A DNA stretch of 34,558 nt, from UHGV virus genome UHGV-0382272. One strand, written 5' to 3'. Under the pieces are notes generated by a model that was not told the DNA's origin, searched no databases, and was given only the letters and a program-made list of their open reading frames with translations. The first letter of the stretch is position 1; every line of letters starts with the position of its first letter. The translations under genes were made by a program, and so were the position numbers. This DNA is from a virus. Of this stretch, positions 22,436 to 31,025 are shown one piece after another.

Positions 22436-23979
22436 ATGGCACCGGAATTATCGGTGTCGATATGGTATGTCCTCTAGGTGGTACTGTATCTCCTCCACAG
22501 CCACCTAATTATGACAGGGTAGAGCTAGAGGGTACAGGGATGCTGGTACTTCCGAACAGCTTGGATGCACCGCTTGAGAGGTTGGAGCTTGGTGGGAAGA
22601 CGGAACAGGTGCAGACTACGGGCGTTAACCTATTTGACGAAAAGTTACTTTTAGATTTTGACAGCGAAAATTATGATAAAACACAATCAGGAAGCGGATT
22701 TTATTATTATAAATTTCCAGTAAGCGGTACGGTTACAGTATCTACTAAAAATGCAAACAAAAATGGCGAATATCTGACAGTGGGGATAAAACCGGACGGT
22801 AGTGATAAAACATGGTTATCGCACGGATCTGCAGCTATTTCCAAGTATAAAACATTGACTCCGGAAGATGGAAACATTTATTTAGGAGTCAATAACAATC
22901 TCGAAAGAGTTAAGAGTATGATACAAAACACTGGTGGAATCATGTTAAATGAAGGCTCTAAATCCATTTCTTACGAACCATACACAGGCGGTAAACCATC
23001 CCCAAGCCCAGAATATCCGCAGGAAATTAAAAACTCTGGGAAGTGGAATGAGGAGAAACAGAAGTATGAAGTTGATGTGAAAGTAGTAGGAAAGAATCTT
23101 TTTGATGTTAATTATTTCGCAGAAAGCGAAAACTATCAGAACAAAGAGGGAGATGCTACCTACTGGAAATATGCAACTTTTAAGGTAAAACCGAATACCA
23201 CGTATACAGTCTCAAAAAGGAAAAGCTTAAATGTCAACGGTGCGATTAACAACGGCATATATTATGGTGGTGCGTTAGCATTTAACAATGATGTAAACTC
23301 CGTAAAAATAACGACTAAAGATGATGGGGTTTTTTATGTCATATTTTTTTATCGGAGTGAGGATGTAAACATCCTAAAAGAAATGGACATTCAAATCGAA
23401 TTAGGAGAGACATTAACTGAATATGAACCCTACAAAGAACAAACACTCACCCTCACATCCGACCGCCCTATTACAAAATGGGATAAGCTCGTGGAGCAGG
23501 GTGGACAGATTGGGTGGTTGTATCAGAGTTCTAAAATGATACTCGATGGAACTAAAATAAAGTGGTTGCACAGCAACAAACCAGAAAATTCATATTTTGC
23601 AACTACTATCATTGATGCATACGGAGGAAAAGGTGCTAGTTTTTGTAAAACATATAGAAATATACAAGATCCTGCGTATGATATTAAATACGCAAACGAA
23701 CGATGTATTTATAGTGACCACCCTACTTATACCTCTGGAGATAAATTTTTCAGGGCGCCAAATGAGAACGTAACGACATTGGAACAATGGAAAGAGTTTA
23801 TCGATGAAAATCCAATTGAAATGCTATACCATACGAAAAACTCAGAATTCGTCCCCCTACCACAATCCGAACAAAACGCTATCCGAGCATTAAAAGCCTA
23901 CCACCCTACCACAGTCATCACAGCGGACGGAGGGGAGCTTGACCCCGATATTAAAGTAACATACCGAAAGGAGAAGTAA
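22420..23979 (+). CDS. 519-aa beta-rich protein with an internal ~150-aa duplication, inserted in the head module
   Basis: Repeat 1 GKTEQVQTTGVNLFD...FDSENY...SISYEPY and repeat 2 VVGKNLFDVNYFAESENY...TLTEYEPY. No capsid, scaffold or protease motifs. Confidence 0.5.
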   Translation: MLKMVDGTGIIGVDMVCPLGGTVSPPQPPNYDRVELEGTGMLVLPNSLDAPLERLELGGKTEQVQTTGVNLFDEKLLLDFDSENYDKTQSGSGFYYYKFPVSGTVTVSTKNANKNGEYLTVGIKPDGSDKTWLSHGSAAISKYKTLTPEDGNIYLGVNNNLERVKSMIQNTGGIMLNEGSKSISYEPYTGGKPSPSPEYPQEIKNSGKWNEEKQKYEVDVKVVGKNLFDVNYFAESENYQNKEGDATYWKYATFKVKPNTTYTVSKRKSLNVNGAINNGIYYGGALAFNNDVNSVKITTKDDGVFYVIFFYRSEDVNILKEMDIQIELGETLTEYEPYKEQTLTLTSDRPITKWDKLVEQGGQIGWLYQSSKMILDGTKIKWLHSNKPENSYFATTIIDAYGGKGASFCKTYRNIQDPAYDIKYANERCIYSDHPTYTSGDKFFRAPNENVTTLEQWKEFIDENPIEMLYHTKNSEFVPLPQSEQNAIRALKAYHPTTVITADGGELDPDIKVTYRKEK

Positions 23980-23980
23980 T

Positions 23981-24268
23981 ATGAACTATGCAAAAATAAT
24001 GGAAAACGGAACTGTGAGAATCAGCTCCATCAAAAAGGAGGGCTACAAACCACTCAAGGAAGAGAAACCAGAGGGATTTAGTAACCTTGTCTTTGTCGGA
24101 TATACGGAGACAGAGGAGAATGTAATAAAAGAGTATGAAGCAGTGGATGATGGTATGAGCGCCTACGGCAAGCTGCAGAAAGACTTGAAAGCAACACAGG
24201 CGGCACAGGAAGTCACAGATCAGGCGGTGCAGGAGTTGATTCTTGCAACAATGGAAGCGGAGGTGTAA
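23981..24268 (+). CDS. Hypothetical protein (95 aa)
   Basis: AAGGAGAAG RBS. Confidence 0.45.
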   Translation: MNYAKIMENGTVRISSIKKEGYKPLKEEKPEGFSNLVFVGYTETEENVIKEYEAVDDGMSAYGKLQKDLKATQAAQEVTDQAVQELILATMEAEV

Positions 24269-24271
24269 ATT

Positions 24272-24367
24272 ATGGCACAGTTTTTGGCGAACAGGATTAA
24301 AGGTGGAAACTTAACGATTGATGAAGTACCGGAGAGCTTGAAAGAGCAGGTGCAGGCGTTACTTTAG
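24272..24367 (+). CDS. 31-aa micro-ORF (MAQFLANRIKGGNLTIDEVPESLKEQVQALL)
   Basis: GGAGGTG RBS 7 nt upstream. Absent from the ORF track. Confidence 0.3.
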   Translation: MAQFLANRIKGGNLTIDEVPESLKEQVQALL

Positions 24368-24494
24368 GAGATTAGCACATAGAGATATGTATTATTTTTA
24401 TGCCTTTTTGGTCAGTAGATGAGACCTTAAACAGTCAATTCGTGGTGGATGGTTACACACCTTAAACAACCTAATGCGAAAGGAGAATGGAAAC

Positions 24495-25049
24495 ATGAAA
24501 ACAGAATTTTTAAAAGGACTTGGATTGGAGCAGGATGTCATTGATAAAATCATGGCAGAGAACGGGAAAGACATTGCCGCTGAAAAGGCAAAGACTACCA
24601 AAGCAGAGGGGGAGCGTGACAATTATAAGAGTCAGCTTGAGACCACAACGGAATCTTTGGAAAAGTTTAAAGATGTTGACCCAACAGCTATGCAGGGAGA
24701 AATTGATAAGCTGAATCAGCAGCTGAAAGACAAGGATGCTGAGTATGCCGCCAAAGAAGCAGATCGCATCTTTTCCGACACGATCAAAGAAGCAATCAAG
24801 ACAGCCGGGGGACGCAATGAAAAAGCGGTCATGGCTATGCTTGATATTGACGCTTTGAAAGGATCGAAAAACCAGTCTGAGGACATCAAGAAAGCATTGG
24901 AAACCGTAAAGGAGTCTGATGCTTATTTATTTGGCTCTGATGAGCCTTTTAAGAACCCAGTAGGAGCAACTGGCGGCTCCGGTGGAGATATTGGTAGCGA
25001 CATGCGTTCTGCTATGAGAGCAGCAATGGGACTTCCACCGGAAAAATAA
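24495..25049 (+). CDS. Scaffolding protein (Phage_GP20-like)
   Basis: MKTEFLKGLGLEQDVIDKIMAENGKDI start, coiled-coil body, Gly-rich C-terminus, immediately upstream of the major capsid gene. AAGGAGA RBS. Confidence 0.7.
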   Translation: MKTEFLKGLGLEQDVIDKIMAENGKDIAAEKAKTTKAEGERDNYKSQLETTTESLEKFKDVDPTAMQGEIDKLNQQLKDKDAEYAAKEADRIFSDTIKEAIKTAGGRNEKAVMAMLDIDALKGSKNQSEDIKKALETVKESDAYLFGSDEPFKNPVGATGGSGGDIGSDMRSAMRAAMGLPPEK

Positions 25050-25080
25050 CAAACAATATTAGAAAGAACGAGGTAAAAAC

Positions 25081-25938
25081 ATGGCAAACAACATTGCATT
25101 AAGAAAAGAATATTTATCTGGCCTACTTGACCAGGTATACAAACTGTCATCTCTCACAGCTGTCCTTGACGGGGCAAACGAGTTGGCGCGAGAGGGAGCG
25201 AATGCAAATGAAATCTTAATCCCGAAAATGACAATGCAGGGATTAGCAAACTACAATAGGCAGTCAGGGTATGTTGCAGGTGATGTAACACTCGAATACG
25301 AAACAAAGAAATGTGGATATGACCGTGGACGAATGTTTACAATTGATGCTATGGACAATATCGAGTCCGCAGGTCTTGCATTCAGCCGACTTTCTGGAGA
25401 ATTCCTGCGCACTAAAGTAGTGCCAGAACTTGATGCTTACCGCCTGGCAGGCTATGCGTCTATTGATGGAGTGACAACTGTAGCTGCGGCTCTCAATGAT
25501 GGTAAGGCGGCTCTTGCGGCACTCAGAACAGCAAGAAGCAAGATTGAGAACGCAGAAGCGAACCTTGCGACCTGCTATCTGTTTATCAATCCGACAATCT
25601 ACGGCATGATCGAGGACTTGGACACAACAGCATCCAAGAAAGCAATTGACGGATTTGCCGGAATTGTCAAAGTTCCGGAGGGAAGATTTTACTCCAAAAT
25701 CGATCTGACAGCTTCTGGTGCCGGCGGATATGCTAAGAACTCCGAAGGTAAAGCAGTAAACTTCATGATCGTGGACAAACAGGCAGCAATCCAGTACCAG
25801 AAACACACAGTCTCCAAGATTATTACACCGGATCAGAACCAGGATGCAGACGCTTGGAAATTTGGATACCGTACTGTTGGTATCGCAGAATGCTACGATA
25901 ACAAGAAAGATGGTATCTATGTACACACAGCGGTGTAA
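25081..25938 (+). CDS. Major capsid protein
   Basis: 285 aa directly after the scaffold gene. Consistent size and composition. Confidence 0.7.
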   Translation: MANNIALRKEYLSGLLDQVYKLSSLTAVLDGANELAREGANANEILIPKMTMQGLANYNRQSGYVAGDVTLEYETKKCGYDRGRMFTIDAMDNIESAGLAFSRLSGEFLRTKVVPELDAYRLAGYASIDGVTTVAAALNDGKAALAALRTARSKIENAEANLATCYLFINPTIYGMIEDLDTTASKKAIDGFAGIVKVPEGRFYSKIDLTASGAGGYAKNSEGKAVNFMIVDKQAAIQYQKHTVSKIITPDQNQDADAWKFGYRTVGIAECYDNKKDGIYVHTAV

Positions 25939-25949
25939 GGAGTGATTAA

Positions 25950-26330
25950 ATGATTCTGTATGCAGATTATGAATATTACACCACTACATACAAAGGGAGT
26001 CTGTCAAAAGAAGAGTTTGAAAAATCCATTATGAAATCATCAGCCTACGTCCGGAGGATTACCTTCGGGCGCGCCGATGAAAATAAGGAATTGGACGAGG
26101 TAAAGCTTGCCGCCTGTGCTGTCTGCGATTTGATTGCCAACGATGAAAAGGTCAGAAGCAAGCATTCTGGACGCGTGGTCACATCCGAAAACACGGATGG
26201 ATACTCTGTTAGCTATGAAAGTGGAGGAAACGGAGAGACAGCGGATGATTTGCTTGGCAGAAAGATATTTGACACATTAGAGCTTTATCTTATGCCGACA
26301 GGTCTTTTGTACATGGGGGTGGAATCGTGA
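25950..26330 (+). CDS. Head-tail connector (gp6/gp15-like)
   Basis: Size, position and N-terminal YADYEYYTTTYKGS...EEFE pattern. Confidence 0.5.
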   Translation: MILYADYEYYTTTYKGSLSKEEFEKSIMKSSAYVRRITFGRADENKELDEVKLAACAVCDLIANDEKVRSKHSGRVVTSENTDGYSVSYESGGNGETADDLLGRKIFDTLELYLMPTGLLYMGVES

Positions 26331-26662
26331 TAACAAACACAGATGCCACGCTTTACAGTAGGAAATATAACCCATCTACTCGGCTGGATGAGTGGGAGCG
26401 AACATATATACCAGAGGTATGGTGGTACAAAAATGAAAAGTCGCAGATCACGACAGATGGGTTAAAGCAAGCGGACACCTACACTGTCAGAATCCCGGAT
26501 ACGAGCGTGGAAATCAAGAAAGACGATTACCTTGTAAAAGGCGATTGCAAGGTTGACATGCAGACGATTAAGGACTTGGACGGACTGGACAAGGCTAGAA
26601 TTACATCTGCAAACTACAATACTTTTGGCGGCAATCCGCATATTAAGGTGGTGGGAGTGTGA
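26327..26662 (+). CDS. Head-tail adaptor / head closure protein
   Basis: Position and size. Overlapping stop/start. Confidence 0.45.
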   Translation: MITNTDATLYSRKYNPSTRLDEWERTYIPEVWWYKNEKSQITTDGLKQADTYTVRIPDTSVEIKKDDYLVKGDCKVDMQTIKDLDGLDKARITSANYNTFGGNPHIKVVGV

Positions 26663-27063
26663 TGGCGAAAGGAAAGAAGAAATTTAAGATCGAGACACCG
26701 AGAGGTAAGATATCAACTTACACGATTTCCAAGGGAGATTTGAAAGGAAGGACAATAGCGAGACTCGACTGGAATCCGAGCTTTAAACCGAATATGGAAT
26801 CTGGTTTCGCAAGCGCACAGGAGTTTGTTGATTCCGAATGCATCCGGCGCATGAACCCGGAGACTCCAAGACGGACGGGAGTACTGGTTAAGTCAGCAAC
26901 ACTTGGAACAGTGATTGGCAGTGGTGAGATCAATCAGATTGCGCCTTATGCACGTAGACAGTATTACGAGCATAAGGAAAAATCACGATGGTTTGAGCGC
27001 ATGAAAAACCGTCACAAAGACTCTATCCTGAAAGGAGCGGCTAAGTATGTCAAATCTCATTGA
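26659..27063 (+). CDS. HK97 gp10-like / minor capsid-type tail completion protein
   Basis: PETPRRTGVLVKSATLGTVIGSGEINQIAPYARRQYY fits that family pattern. Confidence 0.45.
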   Translation: MMAKGKKKFKIETPRGKISTYTISKGDLKGRTIARLDWNPSFKPNMESGFASAQEFVDSECIRRMNPETPRRTGVLVKSATLGTVIGSGEINQIAPYARRQYYEHKEKSRWFERMKNRHKDSILKGAAKYVKSH

Positions 27064-27466
27064 CAGCGTCAGATCATACATTCTCACATGTCCGTTTTTG
27101 AGTGACGGGCGTGTAAATGTGGATTATATCGGAACGGATATGGGGTACTCTGTTGACCCTCTCCCTTGCGACCCGATTATCCAGAGATACATGGACGGTG
27201 GGTCAAAGAAACAGTTCCAGTTTGCGTTTACGAGCCAAGAGGAATACGATCAGGACGCAAGAATCAATATCGAAAACAGTGGATTCTTCCAGAGCTTCGA
27301 AGAGTGGTTGGAACAGCAGAGTTTTAACGACAACCTCCCGAAACTCGGAGAAAAGAAAAGTCCAATATCAATTGAAACTTTAAACAGTGGTTACTTGTAC
27401 GATATCAACGAGGAAAAAGCTAAGTATCGTATTGAGTGCCGCTTAATTTATACACAGGAGGTATAA
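27047..27466 (+). CDS. Tail terminator-like protein
   Basis: Position immediately before the major tail protein gene. Confidence 0.4.
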   Translation: MSNLIDSVRSYILTCPFLSDGRVNVDYIGTDMGYSVDPLPCDPIIQRYMDGGSKKQFQFAFTSQEEYDQDARINIENSGFFQSFEEWLEQQSFNDNLPKLGEKKSPISIETLNSGYLYDINEEKAKYRIECRLIYTQEV

Positions 27467-27468
27467 GT

Positions 27469-27993
27469 ATGGAAGTAACAGCACCAAAATTAGTCGGCAG
27501 ACATTTGCGTGTGGCATTCATGAACACGGATGCAACGGGCAGCTCTCCGAAATTTGAAAGAATGACCAATTTTACCGCAATGACAAACGGGAAAAACCCG
27601 AAAGAGTATTCCAGACAGTACGTGGATGAAAGCACGGAGAGATCAGATGTAGTTGGATATGCCCCGGCTACAGAATACTCATTCGATATGTACGCAGGTA
27701 ATCCGGTACATGAGCGCATTGCCGCAATCCATGACGGAGAGAAAGTAGCCGATGATGCGCACGTGGAAGTTGTCACAGTGGATTTTTACAAGAAAAATAC
27801 GAAAGGCGATAAGTGCTTTGCGACAAAGAGAACTTGCGCAGTTATCCCAGATTCCGACGGAGATGGAACGGACGCATTGGTTTACAGCGGATCACTGAAA
27901 GCTGTATCCGACATCGAGGAAGGATATGTTACAGAGACTGATATTACATCTAAGACAGTCACTTACACTAAGGGTGATTACATGGGGGAGTAG
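27469..27993 (+). CDS. Major tail protein
   Basis: AGGAGGT RBS. 174 aa, immediately upstream of the chaperone pair and tape measure gene. Confidence 0.55.
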   Translation: MEVTAPKLVGRHLRVAFMNTDATGSSPKFERMTNFTAMTNGKNPKEYSRQYVDESTERSDVVGYAPATEYSFDMYAGNPVHERIAAIHDGEKVADDAHVEVVTVDFYKKNTKGDKCFATKRTCAVIPDSDGDGTDALVYSGSLKAVSDIEEGYVTETDITSKTVTYTKGDYMGE

Positions 27994-28048
27994 CTGCCGC
28001 CGATTTTAAGGTGGCAAAAAACACAGGAAAGAATAGGAGAGTGAGCCA

Positions 28049-28411
28049 ATGAGCCAGTGGAAATTTAATAATTTTGAAACAGACATCGATTTTACAGACG
28101 CAGATTTTATGGAAAAATTTGAGGGCTGCTACGAAAAAATGGTTGAGGAATCCGAAAAAGTGCCGAAAGTTGGAAAAGTGTCCGAGATTACGAGGGCGCA
28201 ATGCAAGGTTTTTAATGATTTCTATGACCGATTATTCGGAGACGGAACAAGCGAAAAAATGTTTCTAGGGAAAAACAGCATGGACATGAGAGTTAAGGCC
28301 GCCAATTCACTGTTTGATTTACGGAACAGCGAGCAGTCCAGATATAACAGTATGGTAAACAAATATACACCAAACAGGAAAGCTAGGAGAGGGGCGAATA
28401 AGAACCGATGA
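28049..28411 (+). CDS. Tail assembly chaperone (G-like)
   Basis: Position and acidic composition. GGAGAG RBS. Confidence 0.55.
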   Translation: MSQWKFNNFETDIDFTDADFMEKFEGCYEKMVEESEKVPKVGKVSEITRAQCKVFNDFYDRLFGDGTSEKMFLGKNSMDMRVKAANSLFDLRNSEQSRYNSMVNKYTPNRKARRGANKNR

Positions 28412-28962
28412 ACCTCTTCTATGAATCACTCCCGACATCGGTAATTGTAAATGGAAAGCCTGTGAGAATCAGAACCGATTTTCGAGAGTATATTTCTCTT
28501 TTGGACATGTTAAAAGATAAAGATGTCAAGTCTGTGGATAAGCTGTTGATTTTGAGTGAGTATTTCCTTGACGATATCGAAATATCGCAGCCTGCAATTG
28601 ACGCATTATGCGACTTTATGAGTGCTGATTTTTCAGACGGAGAAGTCAGTCAAACTGGAACAGTGAGGCAAAAGAATCTTTTTTCTTTTTCCATCGATTA
28701 TCCCTATATATTATCAGCATTTTTGCGCGATTACGGAATCGACCTGATTGATATTAAATATCTGCACTGGTGGAAATTTCGAATGCTTTTTGATGGATTA
28801 TCAGAGGACAATGAGATCAAGAAAAGAATTATGTACAGAGGGATTGATCTGAGCGAAGTTAAAGATCCGGAAGAGAAAAAGAGAATCCAGAAAATTAAAA
28901 AACTGATCGAGTTAAAACAGGAAGAATTGACTGATTTTGAAATCGGTGACGCTTTTATGTAG
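28408..28962 (+). CDS. Tail assembly chaperone, Phage_Gp15 family (GT-like partner)
   Basis: MNLFYESLPTSVIVNGKPVRIRTDFREYISLLDML... It overlaps the upstream chaperone (ATGA) with a poor RBS of its own. Confidence 0.6.
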   Translation: MNLFYESLPTSVIVNGKPVRIRTDFREYISLLDMLKDKDVKSVDKLLILSEYFLDDIEISQPAIDALCDFMSADFSDGEVSQTGTVRQKNLFSFSIDYPYILSAFLRDYGIDLIDIKYLHWWKFRMLFDGLSEDNEIKKRIMYRGIDLSEVKDPEEKKRIQKIKKLIELKQEELTDFEIGDAFM

Positions 28963-28969
28963 GTGGATC

Positions 28970-29116
28970 ATGAAAAAAGAACCAATATTAGTCCGAGATT
29001 GGATTAGATGCCCTGTGTGCGGCTGCAAACTTGCTATTGCAGACAATACAGCCAAAAGCCACGGTATCTACGTAAAATGTCGGACTTGTAAGAAAGAAAT
29101 AGAAATTAAGAAATAA
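28970..29116 (+). CDS. 48-aa Cys-rich zinc-ribbon protein (Cys_rich_KTR-like)
   Basis: MKKEPILVRDWIRCPVCGCK...VKCRTCKKEIEIKK (CPxCG ... CxxC). GGTGG RBS. Confidence 0.5.
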   Translation: MKKEPILVRDWIRCPVCGCKLAIADNTAKSHGIYVKCRTCKKEIEIKK

Positions 29117-29168
29117 AGCACTTAAGTGAGCCTATGAGCCTGTGCTATCCAAGAATAGGAGGGATAGT

Positions 29169-31025
29169 ATGGGTTATGATGGCTCATTAAAATTTGACAC
29201 GGAAATAAATGAATCTGGATTTAATTCCGGAATTTCCAAACTTGGTGGAATAGCCAAGAAAGGTGCAGGAGTGGCAGTTGCTGCGGTTGGTGCTGTGACG
29301 GCTGCGCTTGGAGCTGGTGTTGTAGCCGGAGTAAAATACAATGCATCCATAGAGTCTTACCAGACATCATTTGAGGTTATGACTGGATCCGCGGAAAAAG
29401 CAGCGGAAGTAATCGACAAATTGAAGAAAGTAGGAGCGGAAACGCCGTTTGAACTTCAGGATTTAGCAGATACTACACAGCTGTTGATGAATTATGGTTT
29501 TAGTGCAGACGAAGCCATGGACAAAATGATGATGCTTGGTGATATCTCGCAAGGCTCAGCTGATAAGATGTCCAGAATTGCCACTGCTTACGGACAGATG
29601 TCATCCGCCGGAAAAGTGTCTCTGGAAGATGTCAAGCAGATGATTGAAGCTGGATTTAACCCATTGCAGGAGATTTCTGAGAGTACAGGGGAGTCAATGG
29701 CATCCTTGTATGACAGGATCAGCAAAGGGACAATCTCTGTGGATGAGATTACCGCCTCCATGCAGAGAGCAACATCTGAGGGTGGAAAGTATTTCCAGAG
29801 CATGGAAAAGCAGAGTCAGACGTTTAGCGGTCTGATCTCCACATTAAAGGACAACGCACAACAGCTTTTAGGTGAAATTGTTAAGCCTATATCTGATGGA
29901 CTGACGGAATCGTTATTACCAGCGGCGATCAGTGCGATTGAGCAGCTTACGCAAGGATTTGAGGAAAATGGCGTTTCCGGTATGATTCAGGCTGCCGGAA
30001 ACATTGTAAATGGATTGTTTACCGGAATAATGGAAAATGCTCCATTGCTTATTTCTACCGGAATGGAGCTTCTGAACCAGTTTTGGCTTGGAATTGCAAC
30101 AGGGCTTCCAGAATTGATTATGAAAGGGTTTGAGATTGTAACGCAGTTAGCTCTTGGAATCATGCAGAATTTGCCGCAGTTGGTTACCCAGGGTTCCGCA
30201 GCTATTACAAATTATGTAAGTGGACTCTTATCAGCGCTTCCATCCGTGTTACAATCCGGTGTCCAGATGATTTTACGCCTTGTGGATGGAATCATAAACA
30301 ATCTGCCGGCTATCGTAGCAGCTGCAGCTCAGGCGATAGCACGTTTTGTAGCAAGCATCGCAAGTAATCTTCCGCAGATTTTATCCACTGGTATTAAAAT
30401 TATCGGAGAGTTAGCTTCTGGTTTGATTAGAGCAATACCAAACTTGGTTGGGAAAATACCGCAGATCATCTCTGCGATAAAAGACGCTTTTTTGAGTGTA
30501 GATTGGATCAGCGTTGGAGTTAACATCATAAAGGGAATTGCATCCGGTGTCGCTTCTGCAGCCGGACAGCTAGTAGATGCCGCTGTGAGCGCTGCTACAG
30601 ATGCCTTGAATTGGGTTAAAAGCAAACTTGGGATCCATTCCCCATCCCGTGTATTTAGGGATCAGGTCGGGAAAAACATGGCTCTCGGTATAGGGGTTGG
30701 ATTCGAGGATAATATCCCATACAAAGACATGGAAAAACAGGCAAACAAGATGGTGTCCCGGATACAGGGAGCTGCTCTTGGTGTTACAACGTCTGCAAGC
30801 CCGACAGCAAGTGGATATGTCGCTTCCAGATCAGCGGTCAGAACGACAGATAATAGTGAGCTGATCTACGCGGTGGATCGATTATCCAGACTCGCAAACC
30901 GGCCGCTTGAAATTATCAATAAAATAGATTCCGTAGAGACATCCAGAGTACTTGCAACGCCAATGGAAAAACAAATAGAAAAGAATTCGAGTTTTCGGAA
31001 GATGTTAGGAGGGGATAGAGATTGA
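29169..31025 (+). CDS. Tail tape measure protein (TP901 family)
   Basis: N-terminal Ala/Gly/Val-rich TM-like segment, a QLLMNYGFS-type conserved region and a long Gly/Ala/Ile-rich helical repeat body. GGAGGGA RBS before ATG 29169. Confidence 0.9.
   Translation: MGYDGSLKFDTEINESGFNSGISKLGGIAKKGAGVAVAAVGAVTAALGAGVVAGVKYNASIESYQTSFEVMTGSAEKAAEVIDKLKKVGAETPFELQDLADTTQLLMNYGFSADEAMDKMMMLGDISQGSADKMSRIATAYGQMSSAGKVSLEDVKQMIEAGFNPLQEISESTGESMASLYDRISKGTISVDEITASMQRATSEGGKYFQSMEKQSQTFSGLISTLKDNAQQLLGEIVKPISDGLTESLLPAAISAIEQLTQGFEENGVSGMIQAAGNIVNGLFTGIMENAPLLISTGMELLNQFWLGIATGLPELIMKGFEIVTQLALGIMQNLPQLVTQGSAAITNYVSGLLSALPSVLQSGVQMILRLVDGIINNLPAIVAAAAQAIARFVASIASNLPQILSTGIKIIGELASGLIRAIPNLVGKIPQIISAIKDAFLSVDWISVGVNIIKGIASGVASAAGQLVDAAVSAATDALNWVKSKLGIHSPSRVFRDQVGKNMALGIGVGFEDNIPYKDMEKQANKMVSRIQGAALGVTTSASPTASGYVASRSAVRTTDNSELIYAVDRLSRLANRPLEIINKIDSVETSRVLATPMEKQIEKNSSFRKMLGGDRD

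Noticed and set aside
25264-25926. 220-aa - strand ORF inside the major capsid gene
   Set aside because: It is fully embedded antisense to a well-supported structural gene. It has no RBS and a Cys-rich nonsense composition.
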